Assembly (NCBI GenBank): GCA_963719495.1
Contig: CAVRCI010000001.1
Span: 320,001 to 384,000, forward strand
Direction: 5' to 3'
DNA: 64,000 nt
Origin: an uncultured Verrucomicrobiae bacterium
GTDB lineage: Bacteria; Verrucomicrobiota; Verrucomicrobiia; Chthoniobacterales; JAATET01
Every line of letters starts with the position of its first letter. Position 1 is the first letter of the stretch. The notes under the pieces are model-generated. The model had not been told where the DNA came from. It was given only the letters and a program-made list of their open reading frames with translations, and did no database searches. The translations under genes were made by a program, and so were the position numbers. Shown here one piece after another: positions 41,638-51,877 of the stretch.

Positions 41638-44223
41638 ATGCGCCCCGACCGATTCACCCAAAAGACCCAGGAAGCCTTCGCCACCGCGCTTGACCTCGCG
41701 TCCAAGCGCGACCACCAGGAGATCGGCAACGAACACTTCCTCCTCGCCCTCCTCCAGCAACCCGACGGCCTCACCCGCCCCCTCCTCGAAAAGCTCGGCC
41801 TCGCCCCCGCCACCGTCGAATCCGCCCTCGAATCGACCCTCGCCAAACGCTCCACCGTCCACGGCGGCAACACCCCCACCCTCAGCACCGACCTCCGCCG
41901 CACCCTCGACGCAGCCGAGGCCGAGATGGCCAGGCTCAAGGACGAATACCTCTCCGCCGAACACTACCTCCTCGCGCTCCTCGCTTCGAAAGACGAAGCC
42001 GCCCGCCAACTCACCACCGCCGGCATCACCCGCGACAAACTGCTCTCCGCCCTCACCTCGATCCGCGGCAACCAGCGCGTCACCGATCAAGACCCCGAAG
42101 GCAAATACCAAACCCTCGAAAAATACGGCCGCGACCTCACCGACCTCGCCCGCAAGGGCAGGATCGACCCCGTCATCGGCCGCGACGAAGAGATCCGCCG
42201 CACCATGCAGGTCCTCTCCCGCCGCACGAAAAACAATCCCGTCCTCATCGGCGAACCCGGCACCGGGAAGACCGCCATCGTCGAGGGCCTCGCCCGCCGC
42301 ATCGTCGCCGGCGACGTCCCCGAATCCGTCAAAAACAAACGCATCATCGCGATGGACATCGGTGCCATGGTCGCCGGAGCCAAGTTCCGCGGCGAATTCG
42401 AAGACCGCCTCAAAGCCTTCCTCAAAGAAGTCACGTCCTCCGAGGGCCAGATCATTCTCTTCATCGACGAACTCCACACCATCGTCGGAGCGGGAGCCGC
42501 CGAAGGCTCCATGGACGCCTCCAATCTCCTCAAACCACAGCTCGCCCGCGGCGAACTCCGCACCATCGGCGCGACCACCCTGGACGAGTATCGCAAATAC
42601 ATCGAAAAAGACGCCGCCCTCGAACGCCGCTTCCAACCCGTCAAGGTCGACGAACCCAGCGTCGAAGACACCATCGCCATCCTCCGCGGCCTCAAGGAAC
42701 GCTACGAAGTCCACCACGGCGTCCGCATCCAGGACAGCGCCATCGTCGCCGCCGCCGTCCTCTCCGACCGCTACATCAGCGACCGTTTCCTCCCCGACAA
42801 AGCCGTCGACCTCATCGACGAAGCCGCCTCCCGCCTCAAGATCGAACTCGATTCCCTTCCCACCGAGATCGACCAACTCGAGCGTCAGGTCATGCAGCTC
42901 GAAATGGAGCGCCAAGCCCTCAAAAAAGAAAAGGATCCCGCCAGCCGAGATCGCCTGGAAAAGCTCGAACGCGACTTAGCCAACATCCGCGAATCTGCCG
43001 ACCACCTCAAAGCCCAATGGCAGAAGGAGAAAGCGGAAATCGGCAAAACCCAAAAACTAGCCGAGCAAATCGAAGCTCTAAAAACCGAACTCGAACAAGC
43101 TCAACGCCAAGGCAACCTCCAGCGAGCCAGCGAAATCCAATACGGCGACCTCCCTGACCTCCAGCGCCAGCTGGACCATCCCCCAAAAACGGAGGGCGAG
43201 GCTCCCGCCGAGCCCACTTCGACACCCTCCCTCCTCCGCGAAGAAGTCACCGAAGAAGACATCGCCCGCACCGTAGCCACCTGGACCGGCATCCCCGTCA
43301 CCCGCCTCCAGGAAGGCGAACGAGCCAAACTGGTCAAGATGGAAGACCGCTTGGCCGCCCGCGTCGTCGGCCAACTCCAAGCGATCAAAGCCGTCTCCAA
43401 CGCCGTCCGCCGCGCCCGAGCCGGTCTCCAGGACGAAAACCGCCCCATCGGCAGCTTCCTCTTCCTCGGCCCCACCGGAGTCGGTAAAACCGAACTTAGC
43501 AAGGCCTTAGCCGAATTTCTCTTCGACGACGAAAACGCCATCGTCCGCCTGGACATGAGCGAATACATGGAAAAGCACACCGTCGCCCGCCTCATCGGCG
43601 CGCCCCCCGGTTACGTCGGCTACGAAGAAGGCGGCCAGCTCAGCGAAGCCGTCCGGCGAAAGCCCTATTCCGTCGTCCTCTTCGACGAAATCGAAAAAGC
43701 CCACCCCGACGTCTTCAACGTCCTCCTCCAAGTCCTCGACGACGGTCGCATCACCGACGGCCAAGCCCGCACCGTCGACTTCAAGAACACCGTCCTCATC
43801 CTCACGTCCAACATCGGCAGCCAATACATCATGGAGGAGCTGCCCGTCGAAGAACGCAACGCCCGCGTCACCACCGCGCTCAAGGACCACTTCCGCCCCG
43901 AATTCCTCAACCGAATCGACGAAACCATCATCTTCGACCGCTTGGCCGAAGACCAGATCACCCGCATCGTCGACATCCAACTCGACCGCCTCCTCGCGCG
44001 ACTGGCCAAACAGAACCTCACCCTCACGCTCACCGACGAAGCCCGCCAATTCCTGGCCAGCGAAGGCTACGACCCCGCCTACGGAGCGAGACCCCTCAAG
44101 CGAGTCATCCAACGCCAAATCCTCGACCCACTGGCCATCGACCTCCTCGACGGCAAATTCGCCCCCGGCGACACCATTCAAGCCGACCTGGAAACCGACC
44201 ACCTCACCTTCCAGAAACGCTGA
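41638..44223 (+). CDS. clpB: ATP-dependent disaggregase ClpB
   Basis: Two AAA+ modules ([16 protein letters not shown]), M-domain coiled coil, GYVGYEEGG. Confidence 0.97.
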   Translation: MRPDRFTQKTQEAFATALDLASKRDHQEIGNEHFLLALLQQPDGLTRPLLEKLGLAPATVESALESTLAKRSTVHGGNTPTLSTDLRRTLDAAEAEMARLKDEYLSAEHYLLALLASKDEAARQLTTAGITRDKLLSALTSIRGNQRVTDQDPEGKYQTLEKYGRDLTDLARKGRIDPVIGRDEEIRRTMQVLSRRTKNNPVLIGEPGTGKTAIVEGLARRIVAGDVPESVKNKRIIAMDIGAMVAGAKFRGEFEDRLKAFLKEVTSSEGQIILFIDELHTIVGAGAAEGSMDASNLLKPQLARGELRTIGATTLDEYRKYIEKDAALERRFQPVKVDEPSVEDTIAILRGLKERYEVHHGVRIQDSAIVAAAVLSDRYISDRFLPDKAVDLIDEAASRLKIELDSLPTEIDQLERQVMQLEMERQALKKEKDPASRDRLEKLERDLANIRESADHLKAQWQKEKAEIGKTQKLAEQIEALKTELEQAQRQGNLQRASEIQYGDLPDLQRQLDHPPKTEGEAPAEPTSTPSLLREEVTEEDIARTVATWTGIPVTRLQEGERAKLVKMEDRLAARVVGQLQAIKAVSNAVRRARAGLQDENRPIGSFLFLGPTGVGKTELSKALAEFLFDDENAIVRLDMSEYMEKHTVARLIGAPPGYVGYEEGGQLSEAVRRKPYSVVLFDEIEKAHPDVFNVLLQVLDDGRITDGQARTVDFKNTVLILTSNIGSQYIMEELPVEERNARVTTALKDHFRPEFLNRIDETIIFDRLAEDQITRIVDIQLDRLLARLAKQNLTLTLTDEARQFLASEGYDPAYGARPLKRVIQRQILDPLAIDLLDGKFAPGDTIQADLETDHLTFQKR

Positions 44224-44282
44224 TCCCAGCGCCCCCGACACCCCGCGCCCACCCAAACCACAGCCAAGCCACTCCCGACCCG

Positions 44283-44322
44283 TTACCGATAAAACGTAAC
44301 GGCCGTTACGTTTTATCGGTAA
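44283..44322. repeat. Island palindrome R1 (perfect, 40 bp)
   Basis: TTACCGATAAAACGTAACGGCCGTTACGTTTTATCGGTAA. Confidence 0.97.
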
Positions 44323-44360
44323 GCTTTTCCCTCTCAGCCTGCCCTGTTAACCTACGCGCC

Positions 44361-47030
44361 ATGCCACCCAAAGCGTCCACCAAACGCGCCGCTTCCGCGA
44401 AGTCCGCGCGCGAATCCCGCCCCGCCAAGAAGCAACGCCGCAAAGAAGGCCCCGCCCTCCCACCCGCCACCGACTGGCGCACCACCGACGCCGACGAACT
44501 CGCCAAACGCCAGCTCCGCGCCCGCGAGGAAAAATTCCGAATCACCCCGCTCGGCGACGCCCACCCCATCTTCACCAACTTCGCCGTCGCCTCCCCCAGC
44601 GGCATGACCTACCACGCCGAGATCCGCGACCTCGCCACCCGGCAATTCTCCTGCACCTGCACCGACTTCCGCACCAACGGCCTCGGCACCTGCAAGCACC
44701 TCGAAGCCATCCTCCTCCACCTCGCCCGCCGCCACCGCGCCGACTTCAAAGCCGCCCAGCGCGTCCCCTCCCCTCACGTCGACATCGTCCCCGATCACGA
44801 ATCCAACCGCCTCCGCGTCGAGCGCAACCTCGAAAAACTCCCACCCAAGCTCCGCGCCCACTTCGATCCCCACGGCCTCCAGCTCCCCGACATCACCCCC
44901 GAAGACCTCGCCACAAAACTCGCCGACTCCCGCTCCGCCGCCCCCCGCCTTTCTCAGGACGTCGCCCCCTGGCTCGCCGCCCGCGCCCGCGAGCGCGACC
45001 GCACCCTCTCCCGCCGCGACTACGAACTCGGCGTCCGCGAAGGCCGCCACCCCGAACACGTCACTCTCAGCCCTCTCTTCCCCTACCAGCGTGAAGGCAT
45101 GCTCCACCTCGCCTTCACCGAGCGCGCCCTCCTCGCCGACGAAATGGGCCTCGGCAAGACCATCCAGGCCATCGCCGCCTGCGCCCTCCTCCACCACCTC
45201 GGCAAAGCCAGCCGCGTCCTCATCGTCACGCCCGCCTCCCTCAAAACCGAATGGGAGGAACAGATCGAAAAATTCACCACCCTCCCGCTGCGCCTCGTTT
45301 TCGGCCCCCGCGCCGCCCGCACCCGCCTCTACGACGACCCCACGCCCCCCATCTTCACCATCGCCAACTACGAACAAATCCTCGCCGACACCCTCGACAT
45401 CAACACCCGCCTGCGCCCCGACATCGTCGTCCTCGACGAAGCCCAGCGCATCAAGAACTGGTCCACCAAAACCGCCCAGGCCGTCAAACGCCTCGACAGC
45501 CGCTACGCCTTCGTCCTCACCGGCACCCCCATCGAAAACCGCATCGACGAACTCCGCTCCCTCGTCGATTTCCTCGACCCCGCCCTCCTCGGCCCCCTCT
45601 TCCGCTTCAACCGCGAATACTACCAACTCGACGAACGCGGCCGCCCCGAAGGCTACAAAAACCTCGACCGCCTCCGCGACCGCGTCCGCCCCCTCCTCCT
45701 GCGCCGCCGCAAAGCCGAGGTCGAGACGGAACTCCCCGACCGCACCGACCGCACCCACTTCATCGCGCTCACCAAGACCATGCGCGACGACTACGCCGCC
45801 TACGAAGCCACCGTCACCAAACTCGCCAACGCCGGCAAACGCCGCCCCCTCACTCCCAAGGAGCAGGACATCCTCATGATCTCGCTCAACTGCATGCGCA
45901 TGATCTGCGACAGCCCCGGCCTCATCAAAGACAACCCCTCCCGCGAGTGCCCCAAGCTCGACGAACTCACCCGCATCCTCGACGAACTCCTCGCCGACCC
46001 CGACGTCAAAGTCATTATCTTCTCCGAATGGGTCGGCATGCTCGAACGCATCCGCGAATACGCAGAAAAGGAAGACCTCGGCTACGCCTGGCACACCGGC
46101 AGCGTCCCCCAGCAGCGCCGCCGCGGCGAGATCCTCGCCTTCCGCTCCGACCCCGACTGCCGCCTCTTCCTCAGCACCGATTCCGGCGGCGTCGGCCTCA
46201 ACCTCCAGAACGCCAGCGTCGTCATCAACTGCGACCTCCCCTGGAACCCCGCCCGCCTCGAGCAACGCATCGCCCGCGCCTGGCGCAAAGGCCAACTCCG
46301 CCCCGTCACCGTCATCAACCTCGTCGCCGAGAAAACCATCGAGCACGGCATGCTCGCCAGTCTCGCCCAGAAGATGGAACTCGCCTCAGGCGTCCTCGAC
46401 GGCATCGGCGACCTCGGCAAAATCCAACTCAAAACCGGACGCCAGGCCCTCCTCAAGCGCCTCGAGCAAGTCATGGCCACCACCCCCTCCGGTTCCGCCC
46501 CGCCGCCATCCGCCGCCCCGGTCATCCCCTCCGACCCCGCCGCCAGCTTCGCCCAGCAGGCCAAATCCCGCCTCGGCGAACGCCTCACCCACTGCGAAGA
46601 AACCTACCTCCCCGGCTCCGCCAACCCCGTCATCCTCGCCGTCCTCCGCGACACCACCGGCAGCGCACCCGAGCAGATCGAGGCCATCTTCCGCGCCGCC
46701 ACCTGGCGCGGCGACCCGCCCACTCTCCAAGTCCTCGACGCCACCGCCTGGGCCGCCCTCGAGAACCTCGCCGCCGCCGGAATGATCACCATCCACACCC
46801 GAGCCACCCGCCCCCTCCTCCCCGTCGACGGTCGGCCCACCCCACCCCCACTCACCGAAGAAGAACTCGCCAGGATCGCCGACCTCCGCGCCACCGCCGA
46901 CAAAAAGCGCCGCGCCGCCGCAGCCCTCATCGCCGCCGATCTCCCCGAAGAAGCCACCCCGCTAACAGCCGCCGCCGAAACCGCCGAAACCCAGGCCCAA
47001 GCCATCGAAACCCGCCAACCCCCCAACTGA
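44361..47030 (+). CDS. SWIM zinc finger plus SNF2-family helicase
   Basis: CTCTDF...CKH; LADEMGLGKT, LDEAQ, LTGTPIEN, GVGLNLQ, WNPARLEQRIARAWR. Confidence 0.92.
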   Translation: MPPKASTKRAASAKSARESRPAKKQRRKEGPALPPATDWRTTDADELAKRQLRAREEKFRITPLGDAHPIFTNFAVASPSGMTYHAEIRDLATRQFSCTCTDFRTNGLGTCKHLEAILLHLARRHRADFKAAQRVPSPHVDIVPDHESNRLRVERNLEKLPPKLRAHFDPHGLQLPDITPEDLATKLADSRSAAPRLSQDVAPWLAARARERDRTLSRRDYELGVREGRHPEHVTLSPLFPYQREGMLHLAFTERALLADEMGLGKTIQAIAACALLHHLGKASRVLIVTPASLKTEWEEQIEKFTTLPLRLVFGPRAARTRLYDDPTPPIFTIANYEQILADTLDINTRLRPDIVVLDEAQRIKNWSTKTAQAVKRLDSRYAFVLTGTPIENRIDELRSLVDFLDPALLGPLFRFNREYYQLDERGRPEGYKNLDRLRDRVRPLLLRRRKAEVETELPDRTDRTHFIALTKTMRDDYAAYEATVTKLANAGKRRPLTPKEQDILMISLNCMRMICDSPGLIKDNPSRECPKLDELTRILDELLADPDVKVIIFSEWVGMLERIREYAEKEDLGYAWHTGSVPQQRRRGEILAFRSDPDCRLFLSTDSGGVGLNLQNASVVINCDLPWNPARLEQRIARAWRKGQLRPVTVINLVAEKTIEHGMLASLAQKMELASGVLDGIGDLGKIQLKTGRQALLKRLEQVMATTPSGSAPPPSAAPVIPSDPAASFAQQAKSRLGERLTHCEETYLPGSANPVILAVLRDTTGSAPEQIEAIFRAATWRGDPPTLQVLDATAWAALENLAAAGMITIHTRATRPLLPVDGRPTPPPLTEEELARIADLRATADKKRRAAAALIAADLPEEATPLTAAAETAETQAQAIETRQPPN

Positions 47031-47077
47031 ACCACCCTCCCCGCACGCCCAAACCCCAGATTCTCGGCGCTCTTCTC

Positions 47078-47113
47078 ACCGATAAAACGTAACGCCCGTC
47101 ACGTTTTATCGGT
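47078..47113. repeat. Island palindrome R2
   Basis: ACCGATAAAACGTAACGCCCGTCACGTTTTATCGGT; contains the stop codon of the paaX-like gene. Confidence 0.95.
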
Positions 47114-47884
47114 AGAGCGTTCGACGAGCTTACCGAGCTTTGACAGCGTTCCAGCCCGCCGATCCCACGCCTCCCGTCCCTTGTAATTCGGTGGGAGCAG
47201 TGCCTCCGGCAGGAGCGGATCCACCGCCATACACGCCATCCAGCGCCCCCGTTCCTCCGCCATCCAACCTGCCAGCGACTCCTGCGAAGCTCGTTTGCCT
47301 GCGGCATCAAGGGTCTTCAAATGATCTCCGTGCCGCCGATAGCACCGCTGGATCTCCGCAAAGTCCCACGCCCTATCCACGATGTCGCAGTTCCGTTCCC
47401 CACCGCAGGCCAACCCCTCGAAAAACAGCAGGGTGCCAGCGTCCACCTTCAACGATTTCAGCCGTTCGCGCACCACCTCCAGACGATCCGGCGTCACCCA
47501 AACACTCTGCTGCAGGCATCCCAGATTCGCTCCGCGCAGCTTCCTCCTCAATCTGTGGCGTAGTGAGCGTTGCGACTCCGGCAGATCAAAGATCACCATT
47601 CGCCAGCTCCCATCCCACGGTCGCGCCCACCATTCCTCCGGGTCCCGCCCTCCCAAAGCCGCCAGCCGGCCCGCCTCAGTGAGGCGGTAAACCCGGTCCG
47701 TCGACCCAGGCTTCGTCGAAGACTCCAGCATCTGCAACTGCTCCAACGCGTGGACTTGCCGCAGAAAGCCACCGCGATAAGCCCATTCCTCGAACGACCC
47801 CGACAAATTACGAAAAGTCGGCTGCATCACCGTCTCAGCCGTCCACAGCAAATGATACATCAACAACTCAGTCCGCGCCTTCAT
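47099..47884 (-). CDS. PaaX-family protein (wHTH, Cas2-like central domain, PaaX C-terminus)
   Basis: From ATG 47884: YRLTEAG, WDGSWRMVIFDLPE..RSLRHRLRRKL...LGCLQQSVWVTP, AWDF, DPLLPEALLP. Confidence 0.88.
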   Translation of the reverse strand: MKARTELLMYHLLWTAETVMQPTFRNLSGSFEEWAYRGGFLRQVHALEQLQMLESSTKPGSTDRVYRLTEAGRLAALGGRDPEEWWARPWDGSWRMVIFDLPESQRSLRHRLRRKLRGANLGCLQQSVWVTPDRLEVVRERLKSLKVDAGTLLFFEGLACGGERNCDIVDRAWDFAEIQRCYRRHGDHLKTLDAAGKRASQESLAGWMAEERGRWMACMAVDPLLPEALLPPNYKGREAWDRRAGTLSKLGKLVERSTDKT

Positions 47885-47897
47885 CCTCACAATCTCT

Positions 47898-47933
47898 ACC
47901 GATAAAACGTAACGGCCGCTATGTTTTATCGGT
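47898..47933. repeat. Island palindrome R3
   Basis: ACCGATAAAACGTAACGGCCGCTATGTTTTATCGGT, 13 bp upstream of the paaX-like start. Confidence 0.95.
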
Positions 47934-48016
47934 GAAGAGGTGCATCGAGTGACGGTAGGATTATGTGAACCCTGGGTTTCCGTAGGTTGGAAGCGGCTCG
48001 CTACCCCCTTTCCGAT

Positions 48017-50830
48017 GTGACCCCCTCCGCTCTCGACAACCACTCGCCACCCGCCGCCAAGATCGCCCGTTACCGATCCCTCTTCCGCGGCCGCACCGAC
48101 GTCTATCCCCGCCGATTCCAAAGCCGCCGCACCGGCAAATCCGGCTACTCGCCCGCCTGCGGCAACCAATGGGTCCGCGGCATTTGCGAAAAACCCCGCA
48201 TCAAGTGCTCCGACTGCCCGCAACAGCACTGGCTCCCCGTCACCGACGATGTCATCCACTGGCACCTCGCCGGTCAGGATTCGCAGCACCAGCCCTTCGT
48301 CATGGGCGTTTATCCCATGCTCCTCGACGAGAGCTGCTTCCTCCTCGCCGCCGATTTCGACGGCGACCAATGGCCCGAGGACACCGCCGCCTTCCGCGCG
48401 ATCTGCGCGGACCGCGGCCTCCACCCCGCCCTCGAACGCTCCCGCTCCGGCAACGGCGCGCACCTTTGGCGGTTCATCAACGAAGCCACCCCCGCCGCTC
48501 TCGCCCGCCGCCTCGGCACCCACCTTCTCACGGAAACCCTCGACCGCCGCCCCGGCCTCGGCCTCGCCTCCTACGACCGCTTCTTCCCGAATCAGGACAA
48601 CCCTCCCCCGCGGCGGTTTCGGCAACCTCATCGCCCTCCCCCTCCAGAAAGCCGCCCGCGAAAACGGTAACACCCTCTTCCTCGATGACCACCTCCGTCC
48701 CCACCCCGACCAGTGGGCGCACCTCGCCAGCCTCCCAAAAATCACTCGCCCTCAAATCGACGACCTCATCGCCAAGGCCGAACGAAAAAACCGCATCCTC
48801 CCCGTGCGCCTCGCGCCCGACGAAGACTTCGCCCTCACCCCCTGGACCGTGCCCCCCTCCCGCCGCACCTCCGAGCCCCCCATCTCCGGGCCCATCCCTC
48901 CCACCCTCGACGTCATTCTCGCCGACCAGATCTACATCCCGAAAGCCGATCTTCCGCCCTCCCTCCGCAACCGCCTCATCCGCCTCGCCGCATTTCAGAA
49001 TCCCGAATTCCACCGCGCCCAGGCCATGCGCCTGCCCACCTACGACAAACCCCGCATCATCGCCTGCGCCGAAGACTATCCCGCGCACATCGCCCTTCCA
49101 CGCGGCTGTCTGGAAGACCTCCAAACCCTCCTCGGGAAACTTCACATTCGCCTCAAGGTGCGGGACGAACGCCAGCCCGGCACCCAGCTCGATGTCCGCT
49201 TCACCGCCACCCTCCGCCCCGAGCAGGAGGCCGCCGCCCTCGCCATGCTCGCCCACGACACCGGCGTCCTCGCCGCCACGACCGCCTTCGGCAAGACCGT
49301 CCTCACCGCCTGGCTCATCGCCCGGCGCGGAGTGAATACCCTCGTCCTTGTTCACCGCCAGCAACTCATGGAGCAATGGTTCGAACGCCTCGCCACCTTC
49401 CTCGACCTGCCCGCAAAATCCATTGGTCGCTTGGGCGGCGGACGCCGCAAACTCACCGGCACCCTCGACATCGCCCTCATCCAGAGCCTCGTTCGCAAAG
49501 GCACCGTGGACGACCGCGTCGCCGACTACGGCCACCTCGTCATCGACGAATGCCACCACCTCCCCGCCCGCAGTTTCGAACTCGTCGCCCGCCGCGCCCA
49601 ATCTCGATACGTCACCGGCCTGTCCGCCACCGTCACCCGCAAGGACGGCCACCACCCCATCATCTTCATGCAGTGCGGACCCATCCGTCACCGCGTTGAA
49701 GCCAGGCAGCAGGCCGACGCCCGCCCCTTCACCCACCACGTCATCGTCCGCCCCACCGCGTTCCGCCCGCTGGACGACCCCTCCGACGACGCCCGCGTCG
49801 AGTTCCAACGCCTCTGCGACGCCCTCGTTCACGACGAAGCCCGCAACGCCCTCATCCACGCCGATGTCACGCAAGCTCTCGCCGAGCGCCGCGTCCCCCT
49901 CGTTCTCACCGAACGGACCGCGCACCTCGACATCCTCGCCGCCAGCCTCGGCACCACTGGCGTTCCCATCATCCAACTCCGCGGCGGCCTCGGCAAAAAG
50001 CAACTCCACCACGCCCTCACCCAGCTTCGCGACCTCCCCGCATCCACCCCCCGCGTCATCCTCGCCACCGGGCGATTCATCGGCGAAGGCTTCGACGACC
50101 CCCGGCTCGAAACCCTTTTTCTCGCCATGCCCGTCTCCTGGCGCGGCACCATCACCCAATACGTCGGACGGCTCCACCGCCTCCACGACGGCAAACGCGA
50201 AGTCCGCGTCCACGACTACGCCGATCTCGACATCCCCATGCTCTCCCGCATGTTCGACCGCCGCTGTGTCGGCTACGAAGCCGCCGGCTACACCATCCTT
50301 CTACCCGCGAGCGCCCCCCCCCCGGCTGGCCGGTCGAGACACTCCTCCCCGTCGAACCCGAGTGGAAACGCGACTACGCCGGCAGTGTCCGCCGCCTCAT
50401 CCGCGACGGCGTCGACCGCCCCCTCGCCAATCTCTTCCTCCACGCCACCCAGCCGCACCCCGGCCCCGATCACGCCCGCAGCGCCAGCGAAGCCTTCCTC
50501 CACCGCCGCCTCGAGACCCTCCCAGCCACCCGCGGCCGCTTCCGCCTCAACACCAGACTCCCCATCCCCTTCGATCAGGAAGGCCGCATGGAAGTCGACT
50601 TCTACTGCGAGGAAGCCCACCTCGCCATCGAACTCGACGGCCCCCAGCACCTCGCCAACGAAGACGCCTGGCGCCGCGACCGCCGCAAAGACGCCCTCCT
50701 CCAGCGGCACGGCATCCTCATCCTCCGCTTCCTCGCCACCGACGTCTGCAAAGACCTCGCCACCATCCTCGACACCATCCAGGCCGCCCTCGCCAACCGC
50801 CACACAACCGCAAAAATTTCCGCGCGATGA
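48017..50830 (+). pseudogene. TOTE-type AEP primase domain + SF2 (ResIII/XPB-like) helicase + DUF559/Vsr-like nuclease, with two frameshifts
   Basis: LFRGRTDVY, YSPAC.N.W, ADFD, ERSRSGNGAHLW, DRFFPNQD | TLPRGGFGNLIALPLQ, ATTAFGKT, DECHH, GEGFDDPRL, QYVGRLHR | PGWP...EVDF...IELDGPQH...RDRRKD..L...G..ILRF; breaks at ~48599 and ~50320. Confidence 0.85.
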
Positions 50831-50862
50831 TCCCCACGCCCCTCGCTCACGACCCGACAGCG

Positions 50863-50900
50863 TTACCGATAAAACGTAACGGCCGTTACATTCTATCGGT
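50863..50900. repeat. Island palindrome R4
   Basis: TTACCGATAAAACGTAACGGCCGTTACATTCTATCGGT. Confidence 0.93.
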
Positions 50901-51040
50901 CACAGTATGGGCAAAATTCGGTGATCGGGTCGAACGACGATTTTGCCACGCGGCCAGTGTCGCCGGAACCAAGAAGGGGGGCCGAACGGTGTCCGTTTTG
51001 TCGGCACATCTTTTTGACGCTGGCTCACACGGATGTGGTG

Positions 51041-51829
51041 TCACCACCGCGTTCCGCCGAACCAATCTTCTTCCTCGCGGATCAGCTTTTCGACCATGCC
51101 TTCGCGGTCGTTGAGGAAACGCCGCGTGAGAATGTAATGATCCGTTTCTTCGTAGGCGACGGGGCGCATCCCGTCCTCGTCGAGCTGGTAGATCTCCGCC
51201 TCGGGATAGGCCAGCAGGATGGGCGAGTGGGTCGCGATCACCATTTGAGATCGATGGAGAACGAGCCGGTGCATGAGCACCAACATCGCCAACTGTCTCT
51301 GGGGCGAGAGCGCGGCTTCGGGTTCGTCGAAGACGTAGAATCCACCTCCGTTGAGCCGATTGTTCAGAAGGCTGAAAAACGCTTCTCCGTGCGACTGTTC
51401 GTGCAGGGATTTACCGCCGTAGGCCGCGGTGAGCGGCATCCCGCCATCCGGTCCTTCATCGAGTTCCTCGAGGTTGGTCGCGAGATTGTAGAAGCTCTCC
51501 GCCCGCAGAAAATAGCCATCCGTCATCCGCGTGCCCCCGGGAGCCAGCCGGATGGCACTGGCGAGCTCCGATTGGCTCTCTCGCGTGGCGAAGCGAAAAT
51601 TCCGGCTCCCGCCCTCGGGGTTGAAGCCGGCGTTGATCGCGATGGCTTCGATGAGAGTTGATTTCCCGCTGCCATTTTCGCCGACCAGAAACGTGACCGG
51701 AGAGTCGAAGCGAAGCCGGTCCAATTCGCGCACCGCCGGGATGGAAAACGGATAATCCCCGCCCTGCCGCCCGCCCCGCCAATTCACCCCGCTGTAGTAG
51801 CTCGCGCGCCCGGGTTTGGTTGTTCGCAT
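51041..51829 (-). CDS. AAA/ABC-type predicted ATPase (COG3910-like)
   Basis: YPFSIPAV, GENGSGKST, FNPEGGS, FLRAES, SHGEAF, DEPEAALSP, ATHSP. Confidence 0.88.
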   Translation of the reverse strand: MRTTKPGRASYYSGVNWRGGRQGGDYPFSIPAVRELDRLRFDSPVTFLVGENGSGKSTLIEAIAINAGFNPEGGSRNFRFATRESQSELASAIRLAPGGTRMTDGYFLRAESFYNLATNLEELDEGPDGGMPLTAAYGGKSLHEQSHGEAFFSLLNNRLNGGGFYVFDEPEAALSPQRQLAMLVLMHRLVLHRSQMVIATHSPILLAYPEAEIYQLDEDGMRPVAYEETDHYILTRRFLNDREGMVEKLIREEEDWFGGTRW

Positions 51830-51877
51830 TCCGGGAAAATAGGCAGAGCCCGCTTTCCAGACAATGATTGTGCGCCT

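Noticed and set aside
11667..46346. Many long antisense and alternate-frame ORFs (e.g. 22761..24719, 44352..46346, 45251..47092)
   Set aside because: Shadows caused by high GC and codon bias; low-complexity products overlapping well-supported genes
47885..48745. N-terminal ~290 aa of the 548-aa ORF 47099..48745
   Set aside because: Antisense shadow of the primase gene; PaaX homology begins at ATG 47884
44283..50900. Palindromes as a CRISPR array with a Cas2-like gene
   Set aside because: Spacers would be 0.8-3 kb and contain whole genes; no cas1 or effector genes are present
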